DNA of 64,000 nucleotides, taken from Squalus acanthias (taxonomy: Eukaryota). Each line of letters starts with the position of its first letter. Position 1 is the first letter of the stretch. Under the pieces are notes generated by a model that saw only the letters and a list, made by a program, of their open reading frames with translations, was not told the DNA's origin and searched no databases. The position numbers were made by a program, and so were the translations under genes. Shown piece by piece: positions 37,900-50,705 of the stretch. The DNA is taken from the NCBI GenBank assembly GCA_030390025.1, contig CM059453.1, forward strand, positions 7,812,001 through 7,876,000, in the 5' to 3' direction.

Positions 37900-40460
37900 G
37901 CATAAGAACATAAGAATTATGAGCAGGAGTTGGCCATTCGGCTCCTCGAACCTGCTCCGCCATTCATTCAGGTCATGGCTGACCTTGGACATCAACTCCA
38001 CTTCCCGCCCGATCCCCATATCCCTTTCTCTCCCAAGAGTCCAAAAATCTAACTTTCTCATCCTTGACTATAATCAACGTCTCAGCATCCACAGCGCTTT
38101 GGGGTGGAAAATTCCATATATTCACAAACCTCTGAGTGAAGAGATTCTTCCTCATCTCAGTCAGAAGAAGATAAGAACATAAGAAATAGGAGCAGGAGTA
38201 GGCTATACAGCCCCTCGAGCCTTGCTCCAACATTCAATAAATCATGACTGATCATCGACCTCAACTCCACTTTCCTGCCCGATCTCCATATCCCTTGATT
38301 CCATATTATTCCAAAAATCTACCTGTCTCTGCCTTTTATACATACTCAAAGACTCAGCATTCACAGCCCTCTGGGGCAGGGAATTCCAAAGATTCACAAC
38401 CCTCTGAGTGAAGAAATGTCTCCTCATCTCAGTCGTAAATCGCCTACCCCTTATCCTGAGACTGTGACCCCCGGTTCTAGACACACCAGCCTGGGCGAAA
38501 CATCCTCTCAGCATCTGAACTGTCTTTCCCCTTCGGAATCTTCCATATTTCAATGAGATCACCTGTCATTTTTCTAAACTCCTTTCTCCACCCATACTGA
38601 TTATATTTCCAGATCTTCCGAGCCGAGATCATTTTTCTCTACTGTCCATATGTTATCCTTTATAATCAGGGCTACTCCCCCTCCTTTTCCATTCCGTCGG
38701 TCTTTTTGAAACGTCAAGCACTCTGGAACATTTAGTTCCCAACCTTGGTCACCTAGCAACCACGTCTTTGTAATGGCTATTAGATCAAACCCATTTATCT
38801 CTATTTGTCCCACAAGTTCATCTATCTTGTTACGAATGCTTCGTGCTTTCAGATAAAGAACATTTAATTTTTTTTTACCATTATTACCTGCTTTGACCTT
38901 ATTCTCTGCTGAACTGCTCGCGTTAAACTCTCTATCCCTTCCTGTCACACTCTGCTAATATTTACCCAAATCACTACACTGCTCTATTGCCTTGACCTTG
39001 CTTTTTAGATTTCTAAATTTCCCCTCACCTGACCCCTCCCCCTTATTTAGTTTAAAACCCTATCTACAGCCCTAGTCAAGACGCTTGTCCCAGCCCGATT
39101 TAGGTGGAGCCCTTCCCGAGGGAACAGCTCGCTCTTTCCCCAGTACTGATGCCAGTGCCCCATGAATTGATATCCCTTCTTCCAACACCACATTCTGAGC
39201 CAAGCATTTACGTTTCCGATCTGCTTGACCCTATGCCAATTTGAACGTGGCTCAGGTAGTAAACCAGAGATTATTACCCTTGAGGACGTGCTTAATAACT
39301 TAGACCATAGCACCTCGAACTCCCTCAGCAGAAATAATTATTTGTTCTACCTCGGTCGCTGGTTCCTACATGGACCACGACAACTGCATCCTCCCCCTTC
39401 CACTCCAAATTCTTCTCCAGCCGTGAGGAGATATCCTTAACCCTGGTATCAGGCAGGCAACACAGCCTTCGGGACTCTCTTTCACAGCTGCAGAGAACAG
39501 TATCTATCCCCTGACTATACTGTCCCCTAATACTATCACATTCTTACTTCTCCCCACACTTGGATGGCCCCCTGTACCACAGTGTCGTGGTCAGTTTTCC
39601 CATACTTCCTGCAGTCCTTTTCCTCATCCTTACAGGTAGCAAGTACCTCGTACCTATTGGACAAGGCCCAGGGCTGAGGCTCATCCACCACTACATGCTG
39701 GGTCCCCATACCTTCCTGACTCGCAGTCATACCTTCATTTCCTGACCACTGACGAACTCTAATGTAGTACTGAACCGAAAGGGTGTTACTGCCATCTGGA
39801 ACAAAGTGTCCAGGTAATTCTCCCCCTCCCTGATGCATCGCAATGTCTGCAGCTCGTACTCCAGCTCAACAATTCTGAGCCGAAGTTCCTCGAGTTGCAG
39901 ACACTTACTGCAGATTTGGTTGGTCAGAATCGTGATGCACTCCAGAGAATTTCACATGCTGCAGTTGTGACACACCAGCTGCCCCGCCATCTCAAACCTT
40001 GTTTTATTTATTAATTCATTAGTGAAAGGTTTTATTCAATCAATATTTTAGTTTTATTGTTTGATTATTTTATCTAGTCTAAGTTATCAATTTATAAAGT
40101 ATTGGAAGTTAGAATTTCTCAGCTCTTAATTTATTGCCTTCCCTAACTTAGAGAGCAAAAAAGAGCTTAAATATTCACCAACCAATCAGCTACCTGCTCT
40201 CCTGTGACGTCACTCTGATTTATTGTAGTTTAGAATCGGAGGCTCGCCGCTGCCGCTGTTCTAAATGGCCGATCCCTCATCCTGAGATTATGCCCCCTAG
40301 TTCTAGATTCCCCCACGAGGGAAAACAGCCTCTCAGCATCTACCCTGTCAATCCCCCTCAGAATCTTATATGTTTCAATCAAATCAGCTCTCATTCTTCT
40401 AAACTCTGGAGAGTATAGGCCCAATCTACTCCATCTCTTCTCATAGGACAACCCTCTCAT
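37900..40460 (-). mobile_element. Nested CR1 elements with ORF1 esterase and APE start (duplicate of 18225-20795)
   Basis: LYLKARSIRNKIDEL..DLIAITKTWL (APE) and EGLHLNRAG (ORF1). Confidence 0.85.
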
Positions 40461-40724
40461 CAAACATGTTGCTCCAGGAAATATATGGATTAATTGACTC
40501 CTCATTGGCTCGATGTAATTTCATGCCTCAGTTATTGCCTTGCTAGAATTTAGGGGAAAGGAAAGCCTGACGAAGCATTAAATGAATGCAACATTAACTG
40601 GTTCTAAAAAAAACTCGTTATGTGCAGTGACCTCTCTGCTTAATCGAAACGCCGAAATTGGTTCTATTTAGACACTGCAAACTGCTGTATGGAAACTATC
40701 TCAAGCTGGCTTCTCTGTTTTCAG

Positions 40725-41012
40725 ATAAACCCACAATAGTATCAGGCCCGACCTGCACCAGCTCTGAGGGTGGGGTTCATTGTATCTGCAGTGTCAGAGC
40801 CAACCCCCCAGCAAACATCACCTGGGGCATCAATGGGAGGAACATCACTGCGAACAGTTCAGATATCAATATCCTCTGCTCGGAGTTGAAAAGTCACCTG
40901 GTGCAGAGCTCCCTGACACTGACTCAACCAACTGGAACTGATCTCCTGATCTCATGTTTTGGAGTAAACGAGCATGGCATTACTGTCGGAAAATATCAGC
41001 TCCAATCTGAAG
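40725..41012 (+). CDS. Gene B membrane-proximal Ig exon (D4)
   Basis: 288 nt, phase 1-1; HCICSVRANPPANITW..ISCFGVNEHG. Confidence 0.9.
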
Positions 41013-41649
41013 GTATATATTGCATTTTACTGTAATTTAATTACTGCGAATGTTTCTGTCCATCACCTGTCAGTGACTAACTCAACGGTGTTAGTGTCAG
41101 CATGTTCCAGTTCCACTGAGCTGAAATATCATTCTTATCTGCAAAGTAGGACTGAATCCAATTTTAATTTCAGTAGTGTTTGGGACTGGTTCATGACTGA
41201 GAGCTACCTCACTGAAAGTTACGATGGGAATAATTCATGTGAAGTTTAGAGTCTGGTATCTGAATTTGATTATTGTCGCCTTGTTTTTGTGAAGATAGGA
41301 GGGATAATATAAAACACTCGAAGCAGCGTGTGATCTTTCATAAAATAAACTCTTCTGACTCAGTGACACACTCGATGAAATCATGTTTCCTCTCATTGTA
41401 TCGGTAGTGGGGTACAGTCGATCAGTTCAACATTTTTTCACAAATATTTCAGCCTACTGCCGGTTTTGTTGTCCTGATGATATTCTGAAAGAACTACACA
41501 GTGCGATAACACTGACAATGGAGCCAGGAGAACTTCGATAACGGAAAGAGCCGGTTATAGACTGAATTAACTTATCGGATAGCAAGCGAGCAGATCCGAG
41601 TATGCGGCGTGGATTGATGCAGTCTCTCAGGGAGACTGCGATATTTAAT

Positions 41650-41890
41650 GGTTTGAAGAAGAGCAGGGGAGTTACCTCTGGTGCCCTGGCCAATATTTAT
41701 CCCTAAACCAATAACACAGAATCAGATTTATCTGCTGATTTACTTTATGGCTGTTTGTGGGATCTTGCTGTGCGCAATTTTGCGGCAACGTTCCCTACAT
41801 TACAACGGTGACTACACTTCAAAAGTACTTCATTGTCTGTAAAGCGCTTTGAGACGTCGGCTAAAGCGCTATATAAAAACAAGTTCATTT
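41650..41890 (+). mobile_element. SacSINE1-like DeuSINE 3' part
   Basis: Duplicate of 21980-22225. Confidence 0.7.
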
Positions 41891-41990
41891 TGTTCTTAAC
41901 AGCTTCCCATACATGCTGTTAAATGTTATGTTGAATCTTGGTATAATCTTAGAGCAATAATGAAGAGCACGGTTTTTTTTTATATTTTAG

Positions 41991-42090
41991 GATCATTTTG
42001 GAGAATTGTCATGCCAATCAGAGCCGCCGTCGCAGTTCTCATTCTGATTGGCATCATTGTCTTGGTGACGATAGAGATTGATTCACACAG
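41991..42090 (+). CDS. Gene B transmembrane exon (Arg-containing)
   Basis: GSFWRIVMPIRAAVAVLILIGIIVLVTIEIDSHR; canonical AG/GT. Confidence 0.85.
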
Positions 42091-42888
42091 GTATGGCTCA
42101 TATTACTTATACTCGTGCTTTAATAAGACAGATTTCAAAAGGGCGGGACATCAGAATTTAAGCCCATGAGCAAATATTGCTTAATATAATTTACCCCAGA
42201 TATCATTGACCCTGAATCTCAGCGAAGAGTTGACAAGGGAAGGCTTGCTGGAGTTCAGGTGTCTTGTGAAGGGAAAGTAGGGGAATGTCAGAAGTTCAGC
42301 GTCCCATGTCTGGTCTTTCACTTCCTAGTTCAAAGATTGTACATCAAGGGCCAGTCCAGAACTTGGGTGCAAAATCTAGTCTGTCACTTGAGCGGAGGCG
42401 CCGTATTTCATACCAGACAATTTAAGCTGAACACGGTTTGGCAGCTCAAAGCTCCCGTGGCCATATTGGCGGAAGACCTCATGACTCAGGAGTCCATAAA
42501 ATGCTCCACAGAACCATTGCTGGACACGAAAGGGCAAATTCCGGTGCATTTTTAAGACTTGGCGGAAATTGCTATGGTTATTCTGCACCAGTAGAGGCCG
42601 CTCGCTTAGCATCCATAAAATGTTCAGTGAACACTGAAATTGTCAAAGCAGATCAAGATAGATATATCCAGCTTCATCAGATAGAGATAATGCTTTCTTT
42701 GGAATTAGGAAAGTGTAGAGATAGAACAGAAACGGGAATTAAATTTGGTCGCAGCCAATCAGGAAACATTAACAAGAACGAGTTACTATAGTGCGCCCCA
42801 TGTGGTTCAACACAGGGACACTGGGTGGTGTATTGAAGCGAATTATCTGTAATTAGGAGACGTGAATCATTTGTATTTTCTGTTTCAG

Positions 42889-42973
42889 GAAGAAGACAAA
42901 TATACATGTCGGGGTCTCTCCTGCAGACAAGGATGCAGCGATTTACTGTGTGTTGCAGAACCCAATGAACTGA
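42889..42973 (+). CDS. Gene B short cytoplasmic exon with stop
   Basis: RKKTNIHVGVSPADKDAAIYCVLQNPMN* then G|GTAAGT. Confidence 0.7.
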
Positions 42974-44431
42974 GGTAAGTGAGGAGATGGAATGTTGAGA
43001 CCATTGTCTGGGATCACATTACAGACACATCCAAGGGTTAAACAGATGTTATATGTACTGGTTTGACGGTGTTTTTAAAGGGTGGAATGGCCTCTTCACC
43101 CCATGAACAGGGAAATGTTGCACAGGCAATTGTGTGCATTGATCGGGCAAATGGGATCATGGACATTTTCTCAGGTCTGGACTTATTTTGAAATGAGTCG
43201 GTCTAAAATAACACCTTCCCAATGTCATTAGACACATTAACCAGAGTAATGAATACTCCCCGATTATATTATCTCTTGCAGTTAAAATTCTAAACACATA
43301 ATGTGAGGCCAGAGCAGGGCCAAATCGCATCGCATTTCTACAGCATTTTTGCATCTTCCTCCATGTGTCTTGGTGTCAGTTTGGCTGATTTGGTAGCGCG
43401 CACTCTCTGAAGCTGAAGGTTGTGGTTTGCGACCTCACATCACGATTTGAGCCTTTCAGCTCGCGTGTGACTCCGGTGTTGTACTCCGGGCGTGCCGCAT
43501 TGTTGGAGCTTCGGCATTTCTGATATACCGAGGCTCTTCGCCAGCTCGATGTTCTCAATGTCATGCGCTGTGAGAGGGACAGGACAGACTCCTCCACACA
43601 TCTTAATCCCAGACCCAGGCTGCCTGTTCTAGTAGTTCAGGTGTATGTTAGAAATCTCATGCACTACTGCAAGAAGAATAGGGATTGCGCCACACGTGGT
43701 GGTTAGAACTCCTCCAAAGCCAGCAAATTGTGACTGCTTGGCCATTGATCTCATTTGCTGTTTGCAGTCGCTTGTTGGAAGCAGGTTTACTGTAGCACGC
43801 CCATTGTAATGCATTGGGTAGAAGGTGTTGCTGTCCTGCTAATTCGCCAGATGAATACCTAAAACTTTTTTAGTTATCTGATGGTTTTTCTTTACCCAGG
43901 GGCTCATCGACACTTGTAATAATTTATCGGCTCTTGTGATGAGTGCGAATTCGCTGCAACAATTCAAAAAGAAACTGGACCAACATAAGAACATAAGAAA
44001 CAGGGGCAGGAATAGGCCAATTGGCTCCTCGAGCCTGCACCGCCATTCAATAAGATCATGGCTGATCTTGGGCTCAAAGCCACTTCCCCACCCGTTCCCC
44101 ATAACCCTTCAATCCCTTATCTTGCAAAAATCTGTCTATTTCCACCTTAAATGTATTTGATGACCCAGCCTCCACAGCTCTCTGGAGCAGAGAATTCCAC
44201 AGATTTACGACCCTCTGAGAGAAGAAATTCCTCCTCATCTCAGTTCTAAAAGGGCGACCCTTTATTCTGAAACTATGTCCCCGAGTTCTAGATTTCCCCA
44301 CGAGGGGAAACATCCTCTCTGCATCTACCTTGACGATCCCCGCCAGTATCTTATATGTTTCAATAAGATCACCTCTCATTCTTCTAAATTCCAATGAGTA
44401 TAGGCCCAACCTGCTCAACCTTTCATCATAA

Positions 44432-47155
44432 GTCATTAGGACGAATTCCTTCCTTGGGCTAATATCAGTGTATACAAATCTTAGGTGGGATGTTGGGTGA
44501 TCTACCTCATGGACACTGTTGTCCCCTTGGAACTCGTGTTGTTCATCTTCGGGGTCGCAGAAGAATTTTGCAGATTCCTGAATTGGCCGAGTGCTATTTA
44601 CATATTTTTGGCTCCCGCGAGAGGTTGCATGGTGGTGAGAGGGAATATTGCCGTCATGATGCATTGTTGCGTCTTGACTCTTTTGGATAGGCTCATTGGC
44701 CAGTCGATTATTTCCTGTTCGTCTTTTCAGACGTCTATATTTTCCAAAGCTCAGAATGCGTCCATCACTGAGTGAGAACAATTAAAAATAATCAGAGAAG
44801 CGAGAAAGAGGGCTATTCTTGTACAGGAAGTGCCCTCACACCTTGTCTCTTGCTCCCTATCTAACCCCCTCCATTCTGTTACAGAGACAAGACCAGTACA
44901 GAAATATTACTATCAGATGGTCTACATCCAACAATCATCGCAAAGTCTAGAGGATCTGCACGCAATCGATGAATGTTTGAAGTCTTCACAAACATGAAAG
45001 ATATCCCCAGAAGGAGGAGTCCAGTGAATACACCGCGATTAAGTTTAAATCAAATCCAGTGGGATTTAATCCATTTGGACAGTTGGAGCTCATCAATATC
45101 TCAACACAACTGGTTCATCAGATAGAAAAGAACCTCACATTCCAGGGATTGCTGAGAAAATGCGCATATTTCGCAGATTAATTGTTAGCATTTTTCATTT
45201 CTGCTTGTTGCTTTTTAAATTTACAATCCCGCACATGTTTTCATTCAAACCACATGTCTGAAATGCTGTGGGCTTTAAAGGTCCGAGTAACTTTGAAACA
45301 GTTTTTGACGTGCTTTAATAGAATATCTGTCTTCATCAGTAATGTTAACAGTGTTTCCATTGCAGAGCTCCCTCTACTACATTCATAGACAACCCTGGAG
45401 GTCAACGATGAACCACTCTATCGTCAGATGGATTAGTTTGTCAGCCTCTGCCAGCCCAGTATAATAAACCTTCACATCGCAGTATCAGTTTCCAGCAGTT
45501 TCCTTTACAACACCCGGACTTTTATCAACCTATTTTCAATTCCAGAATAGACATTCAGAATCAGGGTGCAATGTAAGCAAAAACATTACAAAGAATGGAT
45601 CTGGGTATTTTGTCAAGTATTGCTGCACGCATTAGATTCCGCCCGTTATCAAACTGTACAGAACATAAAAACATAAGAAATAAGAGCAGGGGTAGACCAT
45701 TCGTCCCCTCGAGACTGCTCCGCCATTCAATAAGATCATGGCTGATCTGAACTTCGATCTCAACTCCACTTCCCTGCCCGCTCCCCATAACCCTTGACTC
45801 CCCTATTGTTCAAAAATCTGTCTGTCTCCACCTTAAATATATTCAATGACTCCGCCTCCACAGCTCTCTGGGGCAGATAATTCCAAAGCTTCACGACTGA
45901 GAGAAGAAATTCCTCCTCATCTCCGTTTTAAATGGGCGACATTTTATTCTGAATCTATGACCACTAGATCTAGATTCCCCCTCTAGGGGAAACACCCTCT
46001 CTGCTTCTACCCTGACAAGCCCCCTCAGAAAATTGATTCTTGCTCAAAAATGGTGAGACCAGTGTTAGAAGAGGATCACGATGTAACGCATAATTTGTCA
46101 TTCTTTAGTGTATACAATGCTTTATTAAAAAGTCATAAATCGTTTACCTTGCTATCTGTTACTTGAGCTCAGTGGAGCTGAGAGTGGAACACTTGACATA
46201 CATTCAAAATAAGCATCCACCTTTCCCCGGTCAGGCACAGTGCAGCCAATTGAAGGAATAGGCTCCTGTTAAGGCTTCTGTACAGCAACTGCAAAACATC
46301 CCCTTTTACCTGTTTGTGGTGCTGACAGTGAGAATATTTCTGGGGGATTATATTTAGGTAGTGACATTGCAAATGCACATCGGGAACACTTCCCTTCTTC
46401 AGTATCTCCACTGAAATCGCAAACGTTCCCTGGGTGTTATGATTGCAATAGAAATAAGCATTACCATGAGGGTCACACTGTGACTAAAACACAGCCTCCG
46501 GAGGAATATTCCGACAATCTCCTTCATATGAGTCTCTAATTCAGGTCAAGAGAGGCCGACCGAACAACTAAGATTATAAAATATGTTATAATAATAGGAC
46601 TCTGGTTATTTCTACCTCTTTATCAGTGGTGCAATAAGTGCTCACTTTTCACATTTGTCTGTCAGGTCAGTGGTATTTATCATATATATTAGATTATGTA
46701 TTTACTCTGTTGTAAATTAGCACAATAATTCCGCTAGATTTCGGAGCCTGGATACATGAGCAGGTCCCAAACCAACATCCACAGCTCCCAGTGCGAGATA
46801 CAATGAACAATCTTCATCTCCCCACCGTTATCAATTAGCCAACCATGATGTGAGATTCAATGAATGAGACACTGGGCTTCAGGGATAATCAATAACTGTT
46901 CCAATGTACGACACAATAGGTACATTACACATCGCCACAGGTAGTCGATTCAGACCACCCACACCGAGATACAATGCGTGGTTCAGGTGCCCTCAGGAAA
47001 GTTCATTTGATAGCCCCGTCTGCAATATTCAATGGGAAATCTACATATGTCCATTGCCAATCTACTAACCACCGCCAATGTGAGATATATTGGGTGAGGT
47101 ACAACCTCTTATGAAAATTAACTTTAACATAGTGCCTTGAAGTACAAAACGTCCT
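44432..47155 (-). pseudogene. Degenerate antisense Ig-superfamily receptor relic, unit 2
   Basis: DVGLxTC, VHLQC..GERWM (ORF 46169-46411), ETAGN*YC; cytoplasmic-like frame open ~110 codons (KYRRLKRR..KYVNS..FVYTDI) up to the CR1 junction. Confidence 0.45.
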
Positions 47156-49919
47156 GAAGCACTTGCACAGTTTATAGCATGAGAAGTACATTCCAAGACA
47201 GTGGAGAAAGTTTAAGAGATTTAGAGAGAGAGTAAATTGAAGGCAAGCACAAAAAGATGGCGTTGAAGGAAAATAGAGACATAGAGAGGGGAAGTGGATA
47301 TAATGGGGTTTCCACAAGGCCTAGGCAACAGTTATTCCTGGGAACTAATGGTGGAATGCATGGAAGGGAGAAATGCACAGGTCGTCACATTTTTTTTAAT
47401 CAATCATGAGATGTGGGCGTCGCTGACAAGGCCAACATTGATTGCTCATCCCTAATTGCCCTTGAAAAGGTGGTTGTGAGCCGCCTTCTTGAACCGCTGC
47501 AGTCCTTGTGGTGAAGTGACTCCTGCAGTGCTGTTAGGGATGGAGTTCCAGGATTTTGACTCAGCGACGATGAAGGAACGGCGATATAATTCCAAGTCAG
47601 GGTGGTGTGTGACTTGGAGGAGAACTTGGAGGTTGTGGTGTTCCCATGCGCCTGCTGCCCTTGTCCTTCCAGGTGGAAGGGGCCTTTGGTTTGGGAGGTG
47701 CTGCCAATGAAGCCTTGGCGAGTTGCTGCAGTGCATCTTGTAGATGGTACACACTGCAGCCACGATATGCCGGTGGTGGAGGGAGTGAATGTTTAAGGTG
47801 GTGGATGGGGTGACGATCAAACATGCAGAACACTGAAAGGTGCTGGAAAGTATATTTGGAAAAAATTGCAGAGTTTAAACGGAGAATTGTTATGACATGG
47901 AGTGCACTGCCTGAAGCTGTGATAGTATCAAATTCAATAGTAACTTTCTGAAATGAACTGGAGTTATACTTTAAAAGGAATAATTTGCAGGGTCATGGAG
48001 AAAGAACAGGCGCGTGGGACTAACTGGATATCTCTTTCAAAGAGACGGCACAGGCACGATGGGGTGAATAATGACCTTCTGTACTGTATTATTCTATGAT
48101 TCTAACAATAAACATCAGAACAGGAATGTTGGAGAGGCGGGTCAGTATGGTTTCCTGAAACTCAGTGCAAAAGCCAACAATAACTTATTTGCCATCACAG
48201 TATAACAGATTGCAATGTTCCAATTCAATTTAAAAACCACGTTGATTTCCATAAAATTACTGTGTGTTCCAAGCATCAAACAGAGAGTTGCATGAAATGT
48301 CTCACCGAGTCACCTTGATAAAACCCTACCCTTTACTAGGATTCAACCTAATACACTCAGAATCTGTGTGCCAGTAAGAGCAGAGTGTCTTAACAAGAGG
48401 AATGTAGCAAGCTTTACAACTAGTTCCGGATGCATTTAGCTTGGATAACAGAAGATTAATTGGCCTGGTCTCCAAAGTGATTGAAATGGCAGTTGGAGCG
48501 CTTCCTTCTATTGAGAGGATGTGTGGAAATCGACCAGATCACAATACGTGTCACATCTGTTGGACAATGGTGGAAAGTGCATTACATCAGGAAGAAGACA
48601 TTATCCGGCCACAGCTGCTTCGATCTGCACACGCTGTAACAACTTTCGATAGTCTATGTTGGGGAGGGTGAGGTGGACTCGGAGTTTATCTTGGCAAGAT
48701 AAAGGATGTCTGCCTCATTTGGGCTCAGATGTGTCTGATCATGCAGTGACAAATAGCCCATGTAATACCGGCGGTTGGCCACTGTGTGGCGGTGTTGGAT
48801 TTAGACGCTTTTCTCAATCACACTGAGCACAAGGAACAAACATGACTTCAGGCTGCAGAAGGAATCAGAGAAATTGCAACAAGTAGCAATTCAAAATGCA
48901 ATTGCAGATATTCCAGCACTGTGAAAATCCAAGGAACAATTCAGCAATTAGTATTTCTCTATCCCAGCTAACCTGGGCCAGGCATTTAAAGGTCAGTCAG
49001 TGCTCCCGCTCTGGTCTAAAACCCCACAGACACTCTTTGTTAGAATTACAAGTTAAAAATGGGCACATTTTTAGGGTACTGGCGGGAATGTATTTTATTA
49101 ACAGGCAAGCATTTCACAACAGGGGCAAAATTGCAACATGGGAGAAGCGTGGAAAAATACAGGGGCATAATTTTTAATTCATTCTTGGGATGTGGGCGTC
49201 GCTGGCATGGCCTCGTTTATTGCTCATTCCTAGTTGCCCTTGAGAAGGTGGTGGTGGGCCTTCTTCTTCAACCGCTGCAGTCCGTGTGTCGAAGCTGCTC
49301 CCACAGTGCTGTTAGGGAGGGAGTTCCAGGATTTTGACCAAGCGATGTTGAAGAGGTCGTCGTATATTTCCAAGTCACGGTGGGTTGTGATTGGAGGGGA
49401 ACTTGGAGGTGATGGAGTTCCCATGCACCTATTGTCCTGAAATGGAGGCAGTGACATCTTCCTTGTATCTTACTTTCTGACTGTAGGGATAAATGCACAA
49501 TCCCATTCTCCAAGCTGTGGGCCGAACATGCAGAGATGGTTGTTCAGAGAATCGCGCACAGTGTTGCAGCCTTTCGCCGACCCGTGCTTCCTGTAATCCA
49601 CTGTCAACTCTGAGCTCTCACTTTGCAGTACAGTTTAAACACTGAGCTGCAAACACAACAGGTCCTTTCAAGATGCAGCATAGAGTATAAGACGGATTGT
49701 GCCTGACCACAGATAAACTCATTCTGGTTCGATTGTCCAGAATGATTCACAGCCAAGAACGTCACAGATAGCAGCGGACTGACGGCTGTTGTAACCACAT
49801 ACAGGGGCTCTAAATAGAACCCAGCACTTCACACCTCCGCTTTGGTGCTATACTGGCACACGGTGTAAATAAACCCACCTCGGTGCAGCCACACTGAATA
49901 AGGCACAGAGCAAGCACCA

Positions 49920-50705
49920 TAGGAACATTCTGTGTTAAACCCAAACTGTGCCCCGAAGTTGACAAACCTCACATCACCTGAATTCTCAAAGCAAACTGGG
50001 CCTTGTGTGGAGCATAATTGAGCAGAGTGCATTGCACAAACCTCCACTCTGGGATTGACCAGACATACGGCATCAACTGTTGTTAATGCAAAACTGGGCC
50101 TTGGAGCTGAACACATCTCCCTAAATGAGTCCCTGAAACCCAACTGGGCCCTGGATCTGTTAAGACATTTCTAATCTAGACAGTCAAACCAAGCAGACGC
50201 CTGGATTGAACACACATTAAAAAAAATAGTCAAGAAAGAAACAAAAGATATCAAAGAAAAAACAATTTCAGTCCTCAATCTGAACACACATCCCTAAATG
50301 TGTCCAGAAAACCCAACTGGTCTCTCGGCCAGAACATATATTTTTATACTGGTCACTAAAGCCAAGCTGTGACCTGGGTCTGAAAACACATCCCTGAACT
50401 AGTCAGTAAAGCCAAGCTGAGACCTGGGTCTGAACATACATATTTAAACGAGTCAGTAAAGCCAAGCTGAGACCTGGGTATGAACACACATCCCTAAACT
50501 AGTCAGTCAAACCAAACTGGGCCCGCAAACTGGATAGAAAAACAAACAAACTGTGCACTGGATCTGAACCCAAGCCCACCAACACACAGACAATGCAACG
50601 GGTGTCCCCACTTATGATTTTATCATCTTATTTGTTTTACAAGAAAAACTGGGCCCTGGAACTGAACTCACATCCCTAAACTAGCCTGTAATTCCAAAGT
50701 GTGAC
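49920..50705 (+). repeat. Degenerate 50-bp minisatellite array upstream of gene C
   Basis: Clear units at ~50358, 50408, 50458; one more than upstream of gene B. Confidence 0.75.

Noticed and set aside
32494-42973. Assigning a symbol such as MAG, CD22 or SIGLEC15
   Set aside because: Domain count and divergence do not support orthology without a phylogeny.
44074-44781. Longest ORF (235 aa) as a novel gene
   Set aside because: In-frame chance fusion of the antisense relic exon with a CR1 3' end; frameshifted in the other unit.
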